Shown here: one piece after another, positions 53,657 through 64,000 of the stretch
How positions within the stretch are numbered: position 1 is the first letter of the stretch
Layout of the letters: each line of letters starts with the position of its first letter
Source: the human T2T-CHM13v2.0 reference genome, Homo sapiens
Length of the DNA stretch: 64,000 bases
Assembly (NCBI RefSeq): GCF_009914755.1
Contig: NC_060930.1
Strand: one strand, 5' to 3'
The notes under the pieces: model-generated
Seen by the model: only the letters and a program-made list of their open reading frames with translations
The model's database searches: none
Told to the model about the DNA's origin: nothing
Position numbers and translations under genes: made by a program

Positions 53657-53807
53657 CAGTGGTTCCCAGCCCTGGCTGCATATTAGCAAACCTGGGTCTG
53701 GGACGCAATCCCCGACATTCTGACTGATCCAGAATGGGGCCCCAAGATCCTTATATTTCTAAAGTTCCCCAGGTGTGGTTATGTCATATGAGTGAGGAGA
53801 ACCACAG
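53657..53807. mobile_element. MER5-family element
   Basis: 'cagtggttcccagccctggctgcatattag...aagttccccaggtg...gagaaccacag'. Confidence 0.7.
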
Positions 53808-53809
53808 GC

Positions 53810-54030
53810 AGAGAGGTTTTGAGAAAGGATGCTGAGGCCATACTACGTGGGTTCAAATCCCTGCTCCACTAGTTACTAGCTATGGCTCAGTTTCCTTATT
53901 TGTAAAAACGGAGATAACTGATAACACCTCCTTTGTTGTGAGGCTTGACTGACTGAATCCATTTATTGATCTCAGTGGATTATTGTACGGATTTGGCATA
54001 ACACCTGGTACATAGCAAATGTTCAATTTT
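53810..54030 (+). mobile_element. MIR SINE
   Basis: 'gggttcaaatccctgctccactagttactagcta...ctcagtttccttatttgtaaaa'. Confidence 0.75.
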
Positions 54031-55656
54031 AATCACATGCATCATACCTATACATGTGTACATGTGAATATGTCCTAAGGATTAAACAGTTTGATGCATA
54101 TAAAGGGCTTAGCACTGTCTCCATATAGAAAATACTCAGTAAATATAAGCTGAGCTGATGCTGACAGTACTGGTAGTAGGACAACTTATTGCAACTGACT
54201 GTCTTCTGTCTGGAATTTCATCCTTTCCTCACTGCATGGCAGCCTTTGCTTCAGAAAACCACAACTTTAAAAGGTATGGGGATAAGAATAAATCATTTTT
54301 TCTCTTTCTTTTAATTATTAAGAGGTCCCACTAACAATGAACGGTACTTCTACTGCAAAGTTATGATGGGAATGTGGGCTTAATGGCAAAGAAAAGCGAT
54401 GTGGAGACCTGGCTCTGCCCCCACATGATGATAAATAGCAGAACTTGACAGCCAGAGGAAACTCAGCCCCCTCATTTCCTAGGGGAACCCAGAGTTGAAA
54501 TGTGTTTTGCTCAAGATCACAGTGTGAGTGGCAGAACTGGGATCAGACTTAGGAACAGAGCTCTTTAGTTTCCAGGTTGCTTCCATTGATCATCCCTGGT
54601 GAGAAGCATGCCTGAGAGGTGCATTATCATGTGGAAGATGCTGTCCTTGTGGTCAAGGCCAATGTGGGGGATGAGGAATGTGGTACCCTGTTTCCCAATT
54701 GCTTCCTTCCTCTCTCTGCCGAATTCCCTTCCCTGGTCCAAATTCCACACCCTGCAGGCCATTTCCAGCTGAAAGGGAGGACACAGAGCACTAGAAAGCA
54801 GCTGTGGTTTGTTTGTGGCCAAACTGTTTTCTTAGGGGTGTTCAGTTCCAATTTTATAACAGAAGACAATTATGAAAAGGGTTTAATTTCCCAAATTTTC
54901 ATTACATACAACTGTTTAGAGATAGGCATATATAAATGGATATGTGCATACTTTTTATCTATCAAGGACAGGAAATCCTGTCTTTCAGTTGCTAAGTCTC
55001 AGACTATTCCATCTGAGTATTTTTGCTGACAAATGTGACCTTGTCTAGGTTCTGCGGGAATTTAAAAATTCCCTCAATGTCATTTCTACTTGACCTTAGC
55101 AACATGACCAAACTGCAAATTCAAATGCCATTGAGTAAAGGTACAACATTCACATCCTGTTACCAAAGCGTTCTCCAACTCCAATCCAGTGACCCTGGGC
55201 CAGAGTCTAATCCAAAAGATTACAAAGCAACTTTCTGATGAGTTGTCATGGCAATCCCTAGATGTTAGATATTTCATGTCATCCCTGGGCTGCAAATTCT
55301 CATTTTTAGTCTACTCATATCCTACTATTTCATGTATAACAACCAACCAAAATGCAATTTGAAATGTCAGCTGCCAAACATAATAAGAGATGCCACTTGC
55401 TATTATAGCCAATAATAAAAGATTTCTAGTTGCTTGTTTCAGAGATACAGCAAATCACTGTGTATTCTAAGTCCACTGGGCTGGTCCTCAAAGTGAGGCT
55501 ATTTAGCTAGACTTCCTTAGTTTTTATTTAATTAGTCAATATTTAAGAGAGCCTTGGAGATAAAAAGAATTCTAGTGAAACCTAGGCATTATTATTTTCC
55601 AAACAGGAGGAAATGTACTGATCTTCAGACTTTCAATAGACATGATATATTTGGTC

Positions 55657-55699
55657 TGAGAGAGAGAGACAGAGAGAGAGAGAGACAGAGAGAGAGAGA
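55657..55699. repeat. (GA)n/(GACA) compound microsatellite
   Basis: Direct read. Confidence 0.9.
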
Positions 55700-57139
55700 A
55701 GCCCAACCGTTATCTAAACCTTTTAAGGACACAATTATACAAGAGTGCCTTGCAAGGTTTTCAACTCTTTATAACTGGAAGAGAGGAAAACACTTATTAC
55801 TGAAATCCAGATAATCAAAACACTTTGTTTTAATCAGCAGTTTCTACCCTTTTCACATTCTATATCAATTCACAAGGAGTGACCTTCATCTTAGGTATAA
55901 TGGGGTCAAAACCTACCTCTGCAGGTGTTTCTCCCTTACCTGCCTTAATCTGTGGCCCAGGTTAAGCACACCTGCAGGCAGGCTCAACCCAAGATAGCCA
56001 GGAGTTCTATTATGAGTAGACTGATGTAGAAAGATCTCTCTTGAAATTCCCTTTAGCTGACAAAGCATTGAAATCACCTCTGCAAATAGCTGGAATTGTG
56101 TATTTATTTTTCTTTTCTCTGTTTAAAATTTAGCAGAAATGTTAATAAGAAAAGAAATGTCCAGTAGATGAACAACAGGCCCAGAAGGAAAGAGAAATGA
56201 AGACCAAGATAATACACAAACCAGATTATCAATCTTGAAATAATCCAGAAGTAGACATATGATAGATCATACTATGTGAGTTTTTCTAATCCTAAACACA
56301 AAGGGAATATAAAGAGGTGTGCAGTAGGGCTGCATGTCAACCACTTTAAACTAATGCTAGCCAATACCTGTGTAGAGCTGCAAACTATTTTTCTGCTAGA
56401 ATTTTAAGAGAACTTTTAAGTTTTGAAAATTGATTCCCATGACACTTCTCTTTCCGTCTTCATAATAGCTGCCAAAAAGTTCAAAACCACATTTATGGCC
56501 TGTCTCTAAGAAGTCCTTAAATGGTCTTTCTTGACATCTTTTATTAATTCCTAGCCTCATTTTCTCACTTTTTTGTTGTCTGCTTTAGTGGGGAGTATCT
56601 CTGAGGCCAAATTAAAACTTTTTACAATAATACAGGTGTATTATTCAACAGATAGCCTTCATTAAGCCTCAAATATTTATGGGGGCTTCTCTTCCAGACC
56701 ATCCCTCTTTGATCCATGAGGCAGGAGATATCATGTTTCAACAAGAATTTGTTTCAGTTCACAGAGAAGCTGAAGCAACATCAATTTCTCATACTTGTTT
56801 CAATCACATTTGGAATTGATAAGCTAAAATAGAGAAGAGTGCTATGCTAGGAAGCTGGGATCATGAGGAGGTGAGAAGCCACCTTTTTTTTATTTGGGAG
56901 CTTGCACTCATGACTTTGGCCAGACCCCAGAAGACACATAAGTTCCCTGTGGTAAAGTATTTATTGGACTATCACCCAATCCTTTCTTCTACATGAGAAT
57001 ATCACTTTGGCAGATGTACACCAAAGCCTTCTCTGGGTATAAGTCTTCAGCCTGCCTTGGATGGATCTTGTCTGCTTCCGTCTGCCTGTGCACACAGGCT
57101 GCCAGCCCCACTCCACCCTCCAGTAAAACCTACTTGACT

Positions 57140-57380
57140 ATGTATAGTGCTGGCTTAGAATGACACAGATTTAGGTTCAAGTTTTGCATCCTTTAATGGC
57201 TATATGACCCTGGACAAGGTATCAAACTCTATGAGTCTCAGGTACCTCGCCTGACAATTGGGAATAATAAAGAGTCCCTTTTGGGGTTTATGTGAGGATT
57301 ACATTAATGCTCATAGGGTCCTCGACAAAATGCCTGGCACACCAAAGTCAATGCTCAATAAATATCAGCGATTGGTATTA
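57140..57380 (+). mobile_element. MIR SINE
   Basis: 'ggttcaagtttt...atgaccctggacaagg...gtctcaggtacctc...gggaataataa...aatgctcaataaatatcagc'. Confidence 0.75.
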
Positions 57381-58904
57381 CAATTATGTTATTATAATTC
57401 TTTGAGGAACTGCTGGTGGCCAGTGTAAATCCTATGGTCTTTATCTCTCCTGACCCCATCCACAGGCTCATGTGACAATTTTCCCAGGATCATTTCAATT
57501 TTCTGTGATCAGAGAGAATGCCAGCCACGGCCCTATGGACCAGGGACAAGATAGCACACCTGAGCAGAAAGAAAGAGGACCACTAGCCTTGGGATAGAAT
57601 TATCCCTCACTTCACCCTCACTGTCGGCATGTTCAGAGACTAAGTGCTTATAGAACCAGACTCAGGGTTTTCCTGTTAGTCTGAAGAGTGCTTCATCTCT
57701 TCTAGGCTTTCACTGGCAGAGCCACAGGATGAGAACACTCTCGGCCCCTTATCACCACCCACATCAGCAACACTGAGGCCAGCATCAGGGTCTTCTGGGC
57801 TGTGCGGATTGGGGAGCCGATGATGTAGTTAAGTTTCCTGGAAATACAGGCAGCAATTTCCTGTGGCTTCCTCTGTTTTTGATGTAGAGATGAGCACAGG
57901 TAAAAACTAAACACATCAAGGATCAGCGCTTCAGTCGGTGGTGCAAGTGCGGAAAAATACTGTCATTTCCTCACAAACAGATTCAGAAGTGCAAAGTATA
58001 AGCCACTTTCCAGAGAGCATGCTCCCCAGCAAGGACCTGTACAGTAGGGCTGTGAGTTGACAGTGAATAGATGGGCATTCCCATGAACTTACTTGCTTAC
58101 CCAAGTGATCAAGAACCAGAATTTCCATGAAGGTCAATGTTTTGTATAAACCTTAGCCTGAAAAAGCTCTGGTCTGCTCACAGAGCTTCAGTCAAGCCTT
58201 CTCCAGAATTTGCAGCCAGGTCAGAAAAAAAGGTCACTTTCAGAAGTGGAAAGCAGTACAAATTTTAGTTAAAATTTTAGATGAACTAAACTGTTTATAC
58301 AACTATCCTAAAAGATAGTTTAGAATTAAATAAAACAATGTGCACTACATTTGGGAAACAGCCAGGTTCAAAGAAGGTGGTCACAGTGTATTCTTAGAAC
58401 CAGAATGGAATAAAGAAAATGATACATGTTATGGTTATGATAGCATAACCTGCTGATGAAAGAACAGCAGCAGCAGGATGTACAGTTTGCAAAGGGTCCA
58501 CTCAAATCAGAGTGAACCCAGATGGTGCTAGAGGCAGCCTAGGGCCAAATCCCACCTTTGGCACTCACTAGCTGGGTGACCTTGGGCAAGTCATTTAAAC
58601 TTCCATTTCTTCATGTGATTTTGTTTCTCCATCATTGGCTCCCCTTCCTTTGTGAAAAGTTGCCCCTCCCCATACCAACTGGGGCACCCATCATCATAGT
58701 CAGCAACCTGACCTAAAGATAGCTCAGGTATAAGACATGGTAAAATCTTTTTTGCTTTAGTCCGTTGCTTGTAACCAAAAAACCAAGACCTTTTTTTGGC
58801 TGCAAGCAAAAGAGATTTAACACCTAATTTGCAGAAGTTGCTAGGAGCATTAAACGAAGTCACACAAAGCAAACACAAGAAATGCTGGTTGCATTCATAG
58901 AAAG

Positions 58905-59142
58905 GAAGATTAGTGTGTGGTTAAAAGCAAAGGTATTGAGTCCATCTGCATGGGTTCAAATTCCAGCACCCCTTAGAACAGAGATAAATCACTTAACATC
59001 TTTGCTCTCGGTTTCCCAGTCTGTAAAAACAGAGCTAATAATAGTAATTACATCACAGGGTTGTGAAGATTATGTCAAAGTAGATAAAGCATTTAGAACA
59101 GTGCCCAACACAGTAAACATTCAAGAATTAGCCATTATTATT
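58905..59142 (+). mobile_element. MIR SINE
   Basis: 'gtggttaaaagc...gggttcaaattccagc...ctcggtttcccagtctgtaaaa...catcacagggttgtgaagatt'. Confidence 0.8.
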
Positions 59143-59223
59143 ACAAAGGTAGAACTGTTTTGATTACTGTTAAGGATGTTGTAAAAGTCAGTGATCTATA
59201 GAGAAATGCCCTTCAACTAAAAA

Positions 59224-59343
59224 AGCCAGGGATTGTGGCACAAGCCTGTAGTTCCCAGCTACCTGGGAGGTGGAGGCAAAGAGGATCCTTTCAGCCAAGG
59301 AGTTTGAGCCTGGGCGATATAGTGAGACCCTGTCTCTAAAAAA
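59224..59343 (+). mobile_element. FLAM / Alu monomer
   Basis: 'gcctgtagttcccagctacctgggagg...ggagtttgagcctgggcgatatagtgagaccctgtctcta'. Confidence 0.8.
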
Positions 59344-59831
59344 TTTTTTTAAATTTAAAAACATTTTTAAATAGGAAAAGAAAATAATCCTTCTTCTGGG
59401 TAATCCAGCTTGATGGACAATCCCTTAGAGACAATTAGAAAGGATGCATTTACTCAGAATTTAGTAAGTTCTAATATTGGGCCTCCTGAATGAACTTACT
59501 GACCAGCAGGATGTGGCCTGAGCAAATGACCCATGTCAGTTGTGCTGCCTGGCCTTCCTCTTTTCATTGTCAAGAATACATGAGCATATCAATTATGAAT
59601 TAATCTCTCATAAATTTAACTATAAGTCAATTCTTGCAAGTCACATCTCTCAAAAAGAACTAATAAAACTGATTTTGGTCCTGTGGCTATTCACCAGGGC
59701 TATGCCCTTATGGGGGCCACCCAGCAACCAACCAGCCTCACTCTTGCTGAAATCTGTTAATTGCAGCTCAAGCCTGTTTTACTAACTAAATGCAGTGTCT
59801 CCTTCACCACTGCTTCCTGTGTGATATCACT

Positions 59832-60410
59832 AACTCATTCCTTCATTCATTTATTCAATCATATAAGAAACATTTATTGAGCACCACCTAGGTGCCAGGT
59901 GCTGGGCTCAGTATTTGTTAAGCAAAAGCAAGCAATAAACAGTGCTCAAAATGCTTTTTAGAGTTTAGTGAGGAAGGCACGTCAACTAACGATTAGAAAC
60001 AGTATGCTAGGCCAGAGACAAACCTGAGCCATGAGGGACCTCAGGCCTGCATGGTGGGACCCAGAAAGAGTTCACACAATTAGCACAAAGCACTTGGGAA
60101 GCGAACAGTTTACCCAGGGCACAGAAAGAGTAGACTGGAAAGATACATAGGTCTGAGACATTCTGGGATTTAGACACCTTGCAAAGGAAGAGAAGTCTTC
60201 GGAAGATTTTAAGCAAAGTCATGCCATGATGTTTAGTTTTGCCTTTAGAAAGAACATTTGGTTGGCAGTATGGAAGATGAACCAAGGGGCTGGCCATATG
60301 TGCAAAGCAGGAGGCAGGTAAAGAGTTTCCTGTGTTTGTCCAGAAGAGAAATGGTAAAGCCTGAACACAGGGCAATAGATGAGGGAGCAAAAAAGAGAGT
60401 CTCTGGGATT
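59832..60410 (-). mobile_element. L2 with terminal (TTCA)n tail
   Basis: 'cattccttcattcatttattcaa...aacatttattgagcaccacctaggtgccaggtgctgg'. Confidence 0.8.
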
Positions 60411-60560
60411 TCAGGATATGAAACCACCTGATTCCATGAAGCTACCTTACTTTAGCTCACTGTATAGAAAACTGTGCCTGTCACTGTTCAGCTACTTCTT
60501 GAAAGAACTGAGACTACAAATTAAAATTGAAAACTACATGCACTTATACTATGTCCATGA

Positions 60561-60907
<347 letters not shown>

Positions 60908-63480
60908 CAGTGCTCTTGTTTTAGAAATCTGGGAGAGCTTGAAAGTACAGAGGAAGGGCCCTTAAGTTAAATAGTCATCCCTCCTCAACAAACAATTAAA
61001 TGTTATTATGACCAACCATATCTAACAGGTTCAGAGACATCCTAGCCTGTCTGTCAACTTTGTAGGCTAAATGAAAGTTCCAGGTTGTCAGACCCAGTGT
61101 AGTTTTATTTCCTCAGTATCTATTTCCTGCCACTTTACTTTACAAAATGTTTCCCTTTGAATGTAACCAGAGAATTCCATGAACCCTGCCATAATGTTAA
61201 TACTCACGGTGAATGCACACTTATATCACTAGAATATCTGACCACATCTGTTTGTTTTGTGACATGACAGGCCTTGAGACTGGTGAAAAATTTACCAAAC
61301 CAATAGTTACTTTCTCTTAAATGTAAAATGCAATGGAATCTCTTCTGTACCTCTGGAAACACTGTAGTCAGCTTTTCTGAATGAACCTGCTGGGAAATGT
61401 CAAGATCTCTAAATAAATAAGTTGTGACTTTCATTGTATTTGCAGCACACAACCTCTGACAAGGAAGAAAGGCCACAAGGGGATGTTGATCAAATCCAGG
61501 TCAGAACTCCATCAAGGTGGACAGACACTCAACGCCCTGGTAGATAACAAAGACAACGGTGGACGAGCAATAAAGAAATCTAACAAGGTCTCAAAGGAAC
61601 AGCAAATGAATTTCAATTTTAAAAGGACATGGGTCATTCTAGAAATCAATGTGTGTGCAATCCAACAGTTCCATATATAAATACCAGAAAATATTTATGA
61701 AGCAAGATTAATCTCGTTTTAGAAATTATTACTAACCTGGCTTTATTACTGGTTTAAACTAAATTTATAAAACAATAGGCTTGTCCCTTAGCCAAATACA
61801 TTCATGTCTAAGAATGAAGTCATACTCTATATGAAGCTAAAGAGAATTTTATAATAGTCTCATAACCCCATTAGGGGGAAAAATGTATCTGTTCTCTCTT
61901 ATCGATCGATCGATCATCTATCTATGTTGGGAAAGCAAATTTAATGAACTCCCTGAAACTCTCAGAGAAAAATTATGGGAAGACACACACTGGCTAGACA
62001 TATTTCGATAGTGGTTACCATAGAAACAAGTCATTAGATTTCATTTTTGGAGTTGTGCCTTTTGATAAAATATTAAATTTCTTAGAGTATTTGCATATAC
62101 AGATAGCGCAACTGCTGATGTGCAATTGAATTATATGCTGTAAAAAATATTTACACTACTTCTACTTTTAGATTACTAATATCTACAAAGAAAAAAACTC
62201 ACTCCTAATAAGAATGAATTTAAAAACTCTTCCTCTACCTTGCCATTGTTTCCTACTGGGAAAAAGCTAAAGTGAGGGTGGTGAAGGCATAAAACAGGCT
62301 GGGACACAAGACAGGGATCTAAGGAAACCAGCTTGGTCTTGCTTGAGAGAAACTCCTGATGGCTTTCCAACCACAGCTGCTAATATTCTGCAGGCCACCT
62401 AACTGAACAGCAACTCTGGTAATTTGTTTTTAATCAGACTGATTCTTCAATCTCATTTTCCTGTGACAAGATGGCTGTTTCTCACGGTGTAAGAAATGAT
62501 GATGTGCTTCCTTCTTGGGGGAGTGAGTTGTGATACTGCCTTGTGTGGAGCTCATCTAGTGTCTCCTTTCATTTATATTTCATAACCTCCCTGCTGTGAG
62601 CCCAAGAACCTGAAGAGCACACCTCACTTCCTATTTTGAAAATTAAGAAAAAGTATACATTTTAACACAGAGTCAAAATTGCAAAGTTAAACGACCACTA
62701 ACTCAAATACTGATTTTAAGGCAGGAGCAGCAGCAGGTTAGCTGCTGCACTGAATTTTACTGACTGAAAGCCACTAGGGTGTTTGCCAATCAATGCTAAA
62801 ATGATACTTGAATTAAAATCAATACACAACCCCATATGTATGTGGTGTGCCAGGAACAGCCTAAGAGTTGCTCGACCTAGGATCTAAGATGTCCACGAGC
62901 CACAAACCTGGTAATCTTTGAAATTAGGGTTGGCGGATTTAGTTTTCTGTCAGCTGGGAATGTCCTGGCATTAAACCAAGGACCTCAATCCCCTTAAAAC
63001 AATGAATTCAGCAACAATCTTGACTTCCCAGACATAAGAAGTAAATCACATTAACAGCTGAGAAGAGGCTATGAACTTTCTGTTTGAAGGTCAACTAGAA
63101 AACAAGCGAAAGATCAGCTGAAAATGTCATGGGTGAACCTGAGCCAGGTGCTGGCTCTAAAATTACAGCAAGGTCCCCATGAAACATTAAAAGAACATAG
63201 CCACCCTGTAAGGTGTTATAGGAGGATTCTCTTTTCACTTTAAAAATTATTTATGTATGCATGTACATGCTTTAATAATCTCTGGCAATATGCACATATT
63301 TATGTATATAGCCATACATGACTAAGATATAAATCTCGTCTATATGACTAAGAGATGGACCTTATCTTTATATGACTAAGAGATTATGTTATCTCTGAAG
63401 GGATCAAAGGTCACGTTTGTTTTTCTGTTTTCCCCAAGCTCAGCACTGACATGCATGATCTCCATAGTAAGGGGGGGGGA

Positions 63481-63482
<2 letters not shown>

Positions 63483-63526
<44 letters not shown>
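63483..63526. repeat. (CA)n microsatellite, ~22 units
   Basis: Direct read. Confidence 0.95.
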
Positions 63527-63530
<4 letters not shown>

Positions 63531-64000
63531 ACTATTCACATACAGAAATATATATTTGCTATTAAAAAAATTAAAACCACATACAAGAATTAGCCAAACA
63601 GTAGGAAAAACGAACACATGAATCAACCCCAGAACCACCACTATTTTAGACTTGCCAAGTAAAATAAAGATCTAAAAATTCATCTTATAGAAAAAGAAAT
63701 CTGAGAACTACTTCTATATTGTTACAGAAAATACAAAAACAGATATATTTTATTATTTGAATTAAGCATTAAAAAAATTCATCTTACAAGTAACAGGTAT
63801 ATCCTAATCTTTAAAAGTTCTATTTGTACTAGTCATCTACTAGGTCAAAAAAAGTTTAATACAAAACATTTGGAAGTAAATGAAAAAATACTGCATTTTT
63901 CCAATACTATCTTTTTTAATGAAATATCAAAAAGTTTAACACATGTTAATCCTTTTGAAAACCTATTTTGCCTCCTAAGAAATGCAAAATAACTTATAAA

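Noticed and set aside
61204-61476. 90-aa minus-strand ORF ending at ACC|GTGAGT as a coding exon
   Set aside because: Weak acceptor, non-ATG start, no recognisable homology

Overview
Human non-coding genomic DNA. Human origin is shown by an intact AluYb8 at 13031-13343. The window is dominated by interspersed repeats: about 15 Alu/FLAM copies, L1PA/L1PB/L1M fragments, many MIR and L2 relics, four solo LTRs (MLT1, LTR18A-like, THE1, LTR10) and hAT/TcMar DNA-transposon fossils. None of the supplied ORFs is a credible protein-coding gene; they are chance, Alu- or L1-derived frames. There are no rRNA, tRNA or CRISPR features. The main non-repeat signal is a set of repeat-poor, motif-rich segments on the minus strand (about 41.6-43.6 kb and 18.8-19.4 kb) ending in splice-donor matches. 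They look like alternative promoters/first exons in the 5' introns of a large minus-strand gene whose common coding exons lie beyond the left edge; I cannot name the gene. I see no evidence of a new multi-gene system. The best leads are the candidate first exons, LTR-derived AP-1 enhancers and some unusual repair/transposition scars. Repeat subfamily names come from recalled consensus sequences and need RepeatMasker/Dfam confirmation; boundaries of old repeats are approximate.
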